A DNA stretch of 64,000 nt from Opitutaceae bacterium (GTDB lineage: Bacteria; Verrucomicrobiota; Verrucomicrobiia; Opitutales; Coraliomargaritaceae): positions 352,001-416,000 of the forward strand of contig JBPOFY010000003.1 in NCBI GenBank assembly GCA_051252375.1, written 5' to 3'. Below the pieces are notes generated by a model that saw nothing but the letters and a program-made list of their open reading frames with translations, did not search any database and had not been told where the DNA came from. Made by a program: the position numbers and the translations under genes. Positions 9,289-18,398 of the stretch are shown here, in pieces. Each line of letters begins with the position of its first letter. Position 1 is the stretch's first letter.

Positions 9289-10347
9289 CTAGGTCGTGGT
9301 CTCTTTGGGAGGGCAGGATGAACCTTGAACCCAGATCCCCTCGATCGCAGTTCGACGAATCGTTTGTGGTAGACCAGTTTCATTTTCGTTGATCAGACCT
9401 GCGAGTTTACTCACCGCCACTCTACCGATTTCGTGAGATTTTTGGTCGATTCCAGTGTCAAAATGAGCGTCCAGAACACTGGTGACAGCTACTGCGATGT
9501 CTTGAGGGACTTGTAACTGGAGTCGGTCCAGTATTTCTTTGACGATGGCTGTGCTGCTAAGGATCGCATCAGGGCGATAGCGGTTGAACCAAATCTGAAA
9601 TGCTTCGAAGCTCTCTTCTGGATCGTCGTTCTTGAAGAATAGGGGAGGTATATGTTGCTCCGGCTCTGAAAAGATGTCCTCTGCCGCCTTAAAACCGGCA
9701 CGTGTGTTGTGGCGAGTATTCTGATCGTGGATACTCTGTGAAACCATCCCGATTCGCCTATATCCATTTTCATGAATTTTCTGATATGCTAGCATCGCAT
9801 TGGCGACCATCTCGGATGTGACTAAATGCACTTTCGACTGACGCACACTATAGCCAAAGCGGACGATAGAAAACTGGCCCCAATCAAAACCTTGCAGGTT
9901 CATGCCTCCGGGGTGAGGCGGGATCAGTATTCCGCGGATATTTCTGGTTTTAAGAATGGTCAGTAGTCGTTCTCCGCTGAGATCTTCGGTAACACGAAAC
10001 TCTTCCAGTCGAAAACCAAGCTTACTGGCAGCATCCTTTGCACCGTTCCAGTAGGCATCGAACTCCTTGTAGCGACGCAAATCATCTTTATCGGCCCATT
10101 GGTTGATCCATGCCAAAGCGGAGTGGATGCCTTGATTGTCTTTCTGTTGACGATAGTTGGCGAGTGCGCTGAGCATCGGATCGGGCCTGTAACCCATACG
10201 GACGGCGGCTTCTTTGACTTCCTCTTTGCGCTTCTTAGAAATACGGGGAGAATCTCGCAGTGCTAATGAGACACTGACGTGGGAGATCCCTAATTCTTTT
10301 GCGATATCTCGCAGTGAGACTCGATAATTGGGTTCTTTCGAAGACAT
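9289..10347 (-). CDS. LacI-family transcriptional regulator
   Basis: HTH VSLRDIAKELGISHVSVSLALR, hinge GYRPDPMLSAL; likely start ATG 10347. Confidence 0.92.
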   Translation of the reverse strand: MSSKEPNYRVSLRDIAKELGISHVSVSLALRDSPRISKKRKEEVKEAAVRMGYRPDPMLSALANYRQQKDNQGIHSALAWINQWADKDDLRRYKEFDAYWNGAKDAASKLGFRLEEFRVTEDLSGERLLTILKTRNIRGILIPPHPGGMNLQGFDWGQFSIVRFGYSVRQSKVHLVTSEMVANAMLAYQKIHENGYRRIGMVSQSIHDQNTRHNTRAGFKAAEDIFSEPEQHIPPLFFKNDDPEESFEAFQIWFNRYRPDAILSSTAIVKEILDRLQLQVPQDIAVAVTSVLDAHFDTGIDQKSHEIGRVAVSKLAGLINENETGLPQTIRRTAIEGIWVQGSSCPPKETTT

Positions 10348-10388
10348 GATTCGATCTATACGTTGGGTCAATATGAAGTCAAGGGAGG

Positions 10389-10402
10389 GTTTCCAGTGTA
10401 AC
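10389..10402. promoter_or_regulatory. Putative operator, motif TTWCACTGGWAA (copy 2)
   Basis: The minus strand reads GTTACACTGGAAAC, between the divergent LacI genes. Confidence 0.55.
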
Positions 10403-10436
10403 TCTGTGTGTTTGCAGAATAACAAGCGGACCATAT

Positions 10437-10460
10437 ACCAAATCGTCTAGACGATTTGGT
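10437..10460. promoter_or_regulatory. Perfect 24-bp palindrome, putative operator
   Basis: ACCAAATCGTCTAGACGATTTGGT is its own reverse complement and lies between the divergent regulators. Confidence 0.6.
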
Positions 10461-10525
10461 TGCTAATAATTCTTCGTTACATTTCTCTATTGTGAGATAT
10501 AGAGTCATAACTGAATCGCCCCAAC

Positions 10526-11563
10526 ATGGATAAAAAGCCTATAACGCAGAAGGATATCGCCCAACATTTGGGCTTGGATCATTCGACTGTCTCTCTCGCT
10601 TTGCGGAATAGTAAGAAGATTTCTGAAGCGAAGCGTGAACTGATCCTAAAGACTGCAGCAGAAATGGGGTATCGTTTGAATGCAGCAGCTGCTAATTTAG
10701 CGAAGCATCGTTCCACATCATCAGAGGCTCCAGTCAAAGCTTCCCTGGCATGGCTAAATTGTTGGAGCAATCCAAAGGAATTGCTTCAGTATCGTGAATT
10801 TCAGCTTTATTGGGAAGGTGCGAGAGAAACAGCTTCTCGTCTTGGATATAGCTTGGAAGAATTCATCGTGGAGAAGGAGATGACTTTGGAGCGAGTTGAG
10901 CGCATTATGCTGGCTCGTGGGATCAAGGGCATTCTATTGCCGCCACATCCGAGGCGTGATACCTTTAAAGGGATCGATTGGAACCAATTTTCTGTGCTAC
11001 GTTTTGGACGTTCGATTCAATATCCTCTAGCGCATATGATCAGTGCCGATCAGGTGGGCAATATGATCTGTGCGTATCATGAAGCTCTGAAGCGTGGCTA
11101 TCGGCGGATAGGCATGGCTGGACGACCTATGGAGGAGCATTGGAACAACTTCGACGCGGGGTATCTCAAAGCCCAAGACCTAAATGCTGAGAAGAATCGT
11201 ATCCCTATTTTTAGTGTGCTTGAGAAGAATCCATTGTCGCAATTGGTTGAATTTAAAGAGTGGCTGGAAACGTGGCAGATCGATGCGATCATTTCTGCAA
11301 CCGGAGGTGTGAGCACTATGTTGAAGGCTGCCAATTACGAGATCGGCACCGATATCGGTTTGGCGACTATGAGTGTTCTGGATACTAGTATCGATGCTGG
11401 TATTTATCAAAATTCTGATGAGATTGGTCGAGTCGCGGCGCTGTCTTTGATCTCACAAATTCAGGATAACGATACCGGTGTTCCAAAGCTATTTCGTAAA
11501 ACACTCGTGCAAGGTGCTTGGGTCGATGGGAAGTCGCTTCCCGATCGTAGTCGTTCAGTTTAG
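10526..11563 (+). CDS. LacI-family transcriptional regulator
   Basis: HTH ITQKDIAQHLGLDHSTVSLALR; paralogue of the divergent LacI. Confidence 0.92.
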   Translation: MDKKPITQKDIAQHLGLDHSTVSLALRNSKKISEAKRELILKTAAEMGYRLNAAAANLAKHRSTSSEAPVKASLAWLNCWSNPKELLQYREFQLYWEGARETASRLGYSLEEFIVEKEMTLERVERIMLARGIKGILLPPHPRRDTFKGIDWNQFSVLRFGRSIQYPLAHMISADQVGNMICAYHEALKRGYRRIGMAGRPMEEHWNNFDAGYLKAQDLNAEKNRIPIFSVLEKNPLSQLVEFKEWLETWQIDAIISATGGVSTMLKAANYEIGTDIGLATMSVLDTSIDAGIYQNSDEIGRVAALSLISQIQDNDTGVPKLFRKTLVQGAWVDGKSLPDRSRSV

Positions 11564-11587
11564 AATAACGACAATGTGGTCTCGCAA

Positions 11588-13090
11588 CTACTTCTTCGGT
11601 TTAACCGAACCGGCGCTCAAGGCATAAGGGTCGTGCGGGTGGTTTTTGGGCCAGATAGCACGAGGCTGATTTGCTTGATTGATATGGATTTGAGAACCTA
11701 GGTAGCGGGATGTCATCAACCAATCCATTGTCTCGGCTTTTAGTTCGAAGATTTCCTGTTTGTAGTCTGGGTGATCCACGACGTTATTTTCCTCCCAAGG
11801 GTCTTCGTCTAAATTGAAATATTCTGCGGTGTTCTGACCTGCGTAGTGGATGAGTTTACGATCTTTTGTGCGCACCATCGTGAGGTAGTTGTCTTCACAA
11901 TACACACGGTCCGGCGCTTCGCTGGCGTCGCCTTCACTGAGACGTTTCCAATTGCTACGACCATCCAGTCGTTGTGGCACTTCTAGACCGAGGGCGGTCA
12001 ATACTGTCGGACCGATATCGATCTGCGAGAAGAGGTCGCTGTCGATACTATTGCCGCGTTCAGCTCCTGGCAGGCGAGCGATCATGGGCACGTTGACGAC
12101 TTGTTCGGTCATCAGCCACTTGTAGATCATCTCGTGGTCGCCTAGATTATCTCCGTGGTCGGTGGTGAAAAGAATCAGTGTGTTGTCGAGTAGCCCTTTT
12201 TGCTCGATGCAGTCGAGTAGGTGTCCGATCTGTTCATCGATCTGCGTGATGCAGGCATAGTAGTGCCTACGCATGCGCCTAAAGTCGTCGTCGTTCTTAC
12301 CTGTAAAGTCACTGGCCCATGCGCCGTAGGGAGGTGAGATGTGAAACTTGTTTGGATTGCGTGTCGCTTCCATGAAGCGCTCATACTGCGGAGGCCGTGC
12401 ACGGAGACCGTCTTTGTCGAAGTGCGGTAGTGGCACATCACGGTCGGCATACATATCGAGGAAACGTTGCGGTGGATCGAACGGGTCGTGCGGTCCTTGA
12501 AAACCAATGTGCAGGTAGAAAGGTTTATCACCGTCGTAGTCGTCGACCCATTGCTTCGCCATGCGGCCGACGTATTGGTCGACGTGATACTTCTCTTCGA
12601 GCGGAAAGACATCCGAGGTGCATTTTTCCAGCCACTTGCCATCCTGTGTCAGCAGTTTGCAGGGGCTTTCTTGTCCTTCGGACTTTAAGTAGTTGGCGTA
12701 GTCATCGTATGGCAAATTATAGTCAGGGAAGTTCTCGGTGTAGACGCGTTCGTCAAAGCCCATCATCGCATCACCGGGGATGTGATGGACTTTACCGATG
12801 GCAGCGGTGCGGTAACCCGCATCTTTAATATCATCGACCCAACTGCGGTTGTGCGCCCACTCATCGAAGGCATAGCAACCGGTGTTATGCGCATACATGC
12901 CTGTGTAGAATGCGGCACGCGAAGCCACACAGGTAGCGGCAGGGCAGTAAGCCTGCGTTAAACTCACACCTTCGTTGACTAGCCGATCCATGTTCGGCGT
13001 GATCATATGTGGATTGCCCAGCGCAGCGATTGTATCGCTGCGCTGCTGATCCGTCTTGATGACGATAATGTTCCTAGGAGTTGTCGGCAT
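11588..13090 (-). CDS. Formylglycine-dependent sulfatase (S1), no signal peptide
   Basis: NIIVIKTDQQR, TPNMDRL, CVASRAAFYTG, GKVH, PHDPF, FTTDHGD. Confidence 0.92.
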   Translation of the reverse strand: MPTTPRNIIVIKTDQQRSDTIAALGNPHMITPNMDRLVNEGVSLTQAYCPAATCVASRAAFYTGMYAHNTGCYAFDEWAHNRSWVDDIKDAGYRTAAIGKVHHIPGDAMMGFDERVYTENFPDYNLPYDDYANYLKSEGQESPCKLLTQDGKWLEKCTSDVFPLEEKYHVDQYVGRMAKQWVDDYDGDKPFYLHIGFQGPHDPFDPPQRFLDMYADRDVPLPHFDKDGLRARPPQYERFMEATRNPNKFHISPPYGAWASDFTGKNDDDFRRMRRHYYACITQIDEQIGHLLDCIEQKGLLDNTLILFTTDHGDNLGDHEMIYKWLMTEQVVNVPMIARLPGAERGNSIDSDLFSQIDIGPTVLTALGLEVPQRLDGRSNWKRLSEGDASEAPDRVYCEDNYLTMVRTKDRKLIHYAGQNTAEYFNLDEDPWEENNVVDHPDYKQEIFELKAETMDWLMTSRYLGSQIHINQANQPRAIWPKNHPHDPYALSAGSVKPKK

Positions 13091-13115
13091 CTGGTGATCG
13101 ATTTGCTATGTTCGA

Positions 13116-14903
13116 TTATGCTTCGACATGCACAGGCTTTTTACGCGCGATAGAACGAAGGAGTAGGCCGACGAGTATAATCACGCCACCGCAGGCAAAA
13201 ATCAGCATACGATCGCTCATTTCATTCGGGACGGCGATGAGCAGCAGAGTGAGTCCTCCGTAAACGAGGCAAAGGTTGCTCAATACACTGTATTGACGAC
13301 GGTCGCTTTCGTAATCCGGCTCATGTTCGGTGGAGCGGTCGATTGGTGTATTCATTTCTTCAATGAAATCATCCACTTGATCCTTATACTCCTGGCTGGA
13401 ATACTTATGGAAAATACTCGTGAAGAAGAACCAAGCGCTACAGGAGACAAAAATGACTCCGGTTGTCACTGCAATCTTTAGGTCGCCAGTCTCTTGTCCA
13501 TTCAATGGTAAGTCAGGATCCCAGTTGGCACTGATGTAATCGCTGAGTCCCCATTGGCTAAATCCAAGGTGAAGGAATACCGAGACGACGAAGCCCACAA
13601 TCATCGTGCTCCAACCGGACCAAGCGGGCACTTTTTTTACAAACATACCGTAGAGTAGGGGCAGTGCTGCTGGTAGCCCGATGGCTGCTGTGGATAGGAG
13701 AATCAGATCGAATAGCTTGAGGCCTTTGATCTGTGAAAACAGCATAGCAACGGTGATCCAGATAATGCCGTAAACTAGAATGAAAATTCGTCCTACTAGG
13801 ATCTGCTTTATTTCGCTCGCCTCTTTGTCGACCACGCGAATCCAGAAGTTACGCACAAAGCCTCCCGAGAATACATTCAATAGACTGTTCATTGATGTGA
13901 GGCTGGCTGCGAATATGCCGCACACCAACAGGCCGAGTAGTCCCTGCGGAAGTAGTTCGATCGCGATGGCGACATAGGCGCCTTCGTTCGGGTTGTTCAG
14001 CCCTGCATATTGTTCCATGCTGGCCAAATCAGGGAAGATGATAGCAGCACCGAGCGCTGGGATGATCCAGATCAAAGGTAAGACCAAGAAACCGACCACG
14101 GATACCCAAGCGGCCAGTCTCGCTTCACGGCCATCTTTGACGAATAGATAGCGTGCAGCACCGGTCTGCATACTGTTGGCAAAGATGATTTGGTTGATCA
14201 GCAGAAGTATCGAGAAAACAATGATCACGCTTGGGCGTTCAAATAGCGTCCAGTCTGTATGGTGGACTGGCATCTTCTCGATCAAGCCGCTGAGGCCGCC
14301 GATCTTTTCATGTCCGAGGGTGAGGATCGCCATAATGACGGTAATCACCAGCACGACCAACATTTGCACAAAGTCTCCCGAGGTCGCGGCCCAAGAACCT
14401 CCCATTAGGGTCATGGCGATGGTGACGGCGCCTAGGATGAGAATGATCAACTTCATATCCATACCGAATACACCCGACATGAAGACGGAGATCGTATAGA
14501 GCATGATACCGCCGAAGAAGCAGTTGAAGAAGAGCGGTAGCCAATTGAAGATTTGCTCGCTGGAGTTACCAAAACGTTTACGAATCGCTTCGATCGCGGT
14601 AATGACACGCATTTGGCGGAAGCGATGCACGGTGAATATCACTGTCGTCAAGGTTGCCACAGCATTACAGGCAAAAAGGATCAGGAAGAAGGTGCCTGTT
14701 TCATAGGCTTTCCCCGCGCCGCCAGTAAAGGACCAAGCGGAGAAGGAGTTCATGAAGGCACTACTGCCGACGACCCACCAGAGCATGCCGCCTCCACCTC
14801 GGAAGAAGTCGCTGGAGTTTTTACTGAAGCTCTTATAGATCGGTCCTAGCGATAGCATGAAGACAAGGTAGACGCCGATGACGATATAGTCGTAGATACT
14901 CAT
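13116..14903 (-). CDS. Sodium:solute symporter (SSS family)
   Basis: DYIVIGVY...DFFRGGGGMLWW, FSAWSFTGGAG, GLLVCGIFAASLTS; many TM helices. Confidence 0.88.
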   Translation of the reverse strand: MSIYDYIVIGVYLVFMLSLGPIYKSFSKNSSDFFRGGGGMLWWVVGSSAFMNSFSAWSFTGGAGKAYETGTFFLILFACNAVATLTTVIFTVHRFRQMRVITAIEAIRKRFGNSSEQIFNWLPLFFNCFFGGIMLYTISVFMSGVFGMDMKLIILILGAVTIAMTLMGGSWAATSGDFVQMLVVLVITVIMAILTLGHEKIGGLSGLIEKMPVHHTDWTLFERPSVIIVFSILLLINQIIFANSMQTGAARYLFVKDGREARLAAWVSVVGFLVLPLIWIIPALGAAIIFPDLASMEQYAGLNNPNEGAYVAIAIELLPQGLLGLLVCGIFAASLTSMNSLLNVFSGGFVRNFWIRVVDKEASEIKQILVGRIFILVYGIIWITVAMLFSQIKGLKLFDLILLSTAAIGLPAALPLLYGMFVKKVPAWSGWSTMIVGFVVSVFLHLGFSQWGLSDYISANWDPDLPLNGQETGDLKIAVTTGVIFVSCSAWFFFTSIFHKYSSQEYKDQVDDFIEEMNTPIDRSTEHEPDYESDRRQYSVLSNLCLVYGGLTLLLIAVPNEMSDRMLIFACGGVIILVGLLLRSIARKKPVHVEA

Positions 14904-14972
14904 GGATTTTTAATTTTATGGAAATCGCAGAAATGAACCGCAGATAATGATTCGTTGCTGAATGGTGGGGGA

Positions 14973-17585
14973 TCAGATTGAAGCCGATTCAACTCGAAGC
15001 GGGATAGATTGGCGAATGTCTGTAGATGAGGAACCAAGCTGCACTTCAAAGCTGCCCGAATCAACTACGTAGTCTTGAGCTTTTTCGCACCAGTAGCGTA
15101 GAGCGCTAATAGGAAACTCAATTTCGACGTTCTCTTGTTGTCCCGCGGCGACTGAGACGCGTTTGAATGCGGCGAGACTGTGGATCGGTTGCGGCACGTT
15201 GGAGTCGAGGTGCTTCACGTAGAGTTGCACGACTTCGGTGCCGTTGACGCTACCAGTATTGCTCAATGTAAACTGCACGCGAACCGTTGCATCTGCAGCA
15301 TAGCTCTCGGCTTCGGTTTGCAATGAGCCATAGTCGAACTCGGTGTAGCTGAGTCCGTGACCGAAAGCGTAGAGTGGGGCGCCGCCGAAGAAACGGTATG
15401 TCCGGTTGGCCATGCTATAGTCATGGTAGTGTGGCAGGTCTACGGTCGAGCGGTAGAAGGTCAGCGGTAGTTTGCCGGATGGGTTGCATTGACCGAAGAG
15501 GACATTGGCCACGGCGGTGCCGGCAGCTTGACCTGGATACCAAGCTTGTAAGATGGCGGGTAGGTTTTCCGCTTCCCATGGGAAAGCGATCGCGCCGCCG
15601 CTACAATTGATAAAGACGACTGGCTTACCTGTGGCGTGTAGTGCTTTTAGCAGGGCGGTCTGCACCGGTGGCAACTCGATGAAGGTGCGATCACCGCCAT
15701 TGAAGCCTTCCATGTTGACTGGCATCTCTTCGCCTTCGAGTTCGCCGCTGATGCCGCCAAAGTAGAGCACCACGTCGGCGTCTGCTGCGATAGCCAGTGC
15801 ATTTTCAAAGATAGATGGATCGATCTCGCGGTTCGCTTTCGGCAGTGCGAGCGGGCAGCCTTCGGCGCTGGCGATTTCGACGGCATCGCCGAGTTCGTCT
15901 TGGAGACCTTTTAAGAAAGTAACGGGTGCTGATGGGTCGCCGTGGTAGTTGCCGAGTAGCGCAGGAACGGAATCGGCATTGGCACCGATGACGGCGATCT
16001 TCTTGAGCTGGGACTTATCCAGTGGCAAGATGCCTTCATTCTTGAGCAGCACGAGCGATTCTTCGGTCGCCTTCAGCGCGAGTGCCTGATGCGCTGGCGA
16101 GTCGTTTTGATCGGGAGTGATATTGGACCACGAAATAGATGCCACTGGATCGAACATACCCAGTCGGAAACGTGTGCGGATCAATCGGTGTAGCGCCAAG
16201 TCGATTTCTTCGTCGTTGATACGCCCCTCCTTACGTGCGGTGAGCAGGCTGCCGTAGGTGACCCCGCAATCGAGATCGCAGCCGGCTTTGACCGCGCGGG
16301 CGACCGCTTCTTCGGCGGTTTCCACTTTACGGTGGTGCGCATAGACACTGCGAATCGCGCCGCAGTCGGCTACGACGTGACCGTCAAATCCCCATTTCTC
16401 GCGGAGTAATTCGGTGAGCAGGAAGTAGTTGGTGTTGCAGGGCTCTTCGTAGAGACTGTTGTAAGCGCCCATGACAGCTTCGACGCCTGCCTCGCAAACA
16501 GCGGCTTCGAATTGTGGGAGATAGGTTTCGTAGAGGTCGCGCTGTGAGGGCTCGACATCAAAGGAACGACGACCGGGCTCGGGGCCACTATGCACTGCGT
16601 AGTGCTTCGCGCAGGCGGCAACCTTTAGGCAGTTTTCATCATCACCCTGTAGGCCCTTGATAAATTCAACGCCGAGTCGAGCAGTGAGGTAGGGGTCTTC
16701 ACCGTAGCTTTCTTGACCGCGGCCCCAACGTGGATCGCGGAAGAGGTTGATGGTTGGGCTCCACATCGTGAGGCCTTGATTGCGATGGTAGGTGTGGACC
16801 TTGCCCAGTTCATTAAACTTAGCGCGCGCCTCAGTTGAAATGGCATCGGCGATGTCGTGCATGAGCGCGGCATTCCACATGGCCGCCATACCAGTGGCTT
16901 GTGGGAAGACCGTTGCGTAGCCATTGCGAGCGACGCCGTGTAAGCATTCGTTCCAATAGTCGTAGCCGGGCACGTCGAGGCGCTCGATGTGACCAGCTGC
17001 GTTGACGAGCTGGTCGATCTTTTCCTTCACCGACATGCGTCGAATCAAGTCGTCGACGCGAGCTTCAATTGGATGGCTTGGGTCGTTGTAGATCGGCGAT
17101 TCTTTGACCTCAGGTATGATGCTGGCCGTAGGGTCGACCGCGTCTGCGAGGTCTTTGGCATAGGCGTGGGCAACGATTTGACCTGCGCTATCTTTGACCG
17201 TGATCAAGTTGAATTTAGCTTCTTGGATTGTGCCGATAAAGCTGAGTGCCAGTGGGCCACGCTGGGCGTCGCCGAGGTGTTCGACTTCGCCGGAAACTTT
17301 ACATGGGCGACGGAAACCGCCTGACTCTTTTACGATATCAAGATCCTCTGCCAACATGACCTTGCCGGACTTGATCGACATCACACGCTGTCCCACTTCA
17401 TCGAGCACGGCTTCGACGAAATCGACTTCGATTGTGTAGATACCGGGTTCTAGACCTGGTGCTGAAGCGATGAAGGAAATGCCTGAAATTTCTTCGAGAT
17501 AAATGTCCGGATCTCTTTCGTCAAACGCGCCAAGCGTCTTCGAGTGACGTATATCACCGCTTATTTGAAATTGTGCTTTGATCAT
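14973..17585 (-). CDS. GH3 beta-xylosidase/beta-glucosidase with an N-terminal malectin-like domain and a C-terminal FnIII-like domain; no signal peptide
   Basis: WNECLHG, RDPRWGRGQESYGEDP, KHYAVHSGPE, nucleophile VVADCGA; N-terminal YTIEVDFVE...GQRVMSI...DLDIVKESGG. Confidence 0.9.
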   Translation of the reverse strand: MIKAQFQISGDIRHSKTLGAFDERDPDIYLEEISGISFIASAPGLEPGIYTIEVDFVEAVLDEVGQRVMSIKSGKVMLAEDLDIVKESGGFRRPCKVSGEVEHLGDAQRGPLALSFIGTIQEAKFNLITVKDSAGQIVAHAYAKDLADAVDPTASIIPEVKESPIYNDPSHPIEARVDDLIRRMSVKEKIDQLVNAAGHIERLDVPGYDYWNECLHGVARNGYATVFPQATGMAAMWNAALMHDIADAISTEARAKFNELGKVHTYHRNQGLTMWSPTINLFRDPRWGRGQESYGEDPYLTARLGVEFIKGLQGDDENCLKVAACAKHYAVHSGPEPGRRSFDVEPSQRDLYETYLPQFEAAVCEAGVEAVMGAYNSLYEEPCNTNYFLLTELLREKWGFDGHVVADCGAIRSVYAHHRKVETAEEAVARAVKAGCDLDCGVTYGSLLTARKEGRINDEEIDLALHRLIRTRFRLGMFDPVASISWSNITPDQNDSPAHQALALKATEESLVLLKNEGILPLDKSQLKKIAVIGANADSVPALLGNYHGDPSAPVTFLKGLQDELGDAVEIASAEGCPLALPKANREIDPSIFENALAIAADADVVLYFGGISGELEGEEMPVNMEGFNGGDRTFIELPPVQTALLKALHATGKPVVFINCSGGAIAFPWEAENLPAILQAWYPGQAAGTAVANVLFGQCNPSGKLPLTFYRSTVDLPHYHDYSMANRTYRFFGGAPLYAFGHGLSYTEFDYGSLQTEAESYAADATVRVQFTLSNTGSVNGTEVVQLYVKHLDSNVPQPIHSLAAFKRVSVAAGQQENVEIEFPISALRYWCEKAQDYVVDSGSFEVQLGSSSTDIRQSIPLRVESASI

Positions 17586-17588
17586 CGA

Positions 17589-18398
17589 TTAGCGGCTTTT
17601 GACTAAGTCTTTCAAGGTCGCGGCGTCGCGAAGGAACTGTTCGATGTCATCGTCTTTGACGAATTCCATCAGCGCATAGTGCTGTATGGATGGATCGAGT
17701 GGCACTTCGAAATAGTTTTTCCAATCGTCAGCTGCTTCAGCCAAGGGGCGGCGGTCGGTCGATTGACCCCAGTCGCCCTGACCTGGTCTGAACTGCCAAT
17801 AAAACACGTGCATGTTTAATACTCGGTCTGCGAGTTGCTTGAGACCGTCGATACGATAGGCGGGATCAGTCAGCCAGTAAACCGGTTGCCAATAGGTGTA
17901 GAGGTTGGGGTGGTTGACTGATTGTAGCGTTGTTAAAGTGGCGTGATTACTGTCCGCCAGTGTGTTCGCATGGAACTCGAGACCGAGCCGGATGCCGACT
18001 TTTTGCGCGGCTTCGGCTGCAGCATGCAAATGCGTGATGAGCTTCTCGCGATGCGCCTCGGTGATGGCGTCGGAAGGATCATGTCCCGCCCAAATACGAA
18101 TTGTGTCGGTGCCCAATAATTGTGCTGACACAAGAAATGGCTCGAAATCCACTGGATTGCCGTCCGGATCGAGCACTTTATAGTAGGAGCCATACGAACT
18201 CGTTACGAGACCTGCGTCGAGTGTCAGCTTTGCTACGCGATTTGCCGCTTCGAGATCGCCTTCTGGGACGTGACAATTTGAAGCCCACTCGATGGCGTCG
18301 AGACCAGCCTTAGCCACGAGCTCAACAATTTTCTCGGCGCTTAATTCGCGTAATGATACGGAGCAAAGTCCGGTTTTAAAAGTAGTGTTGTTAGTCAT
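17589..18398 (-). CDS. Sugar-phosphate isomerase/epimerase (xylose-isomerase-like TIM barrel)
   Basis: GLDAIEW, SSYGSYY, IRIWAG, LEFHANT, YWQP, HVF, LMEFV. Confidence 0.8.
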   Translation of the reverse strand: MTNNTTFKTGLCSVSLRELSAEKIVELVAKAGLDAIEWASNCHVPEGDLEAANRVAKLTLDAGLVTSSYGSYYKVLDPDGNPVDFEPFLVSAQLLGTDTIRIWAGHDPSDAITEAHREKLITHLHAAAEAAQKVGIRLGLEFHANTLADSNHATLTTLQSVNHPNLYTYWQPVYWLTDPAYRIDGLKQLADRVLNMHVFYWQFRPGQGDWGQSTDRRPLAEAADDWKNYFEVPLDPSIQHYALMEFVKDDDIEQFLRDAATLKDLVKSR

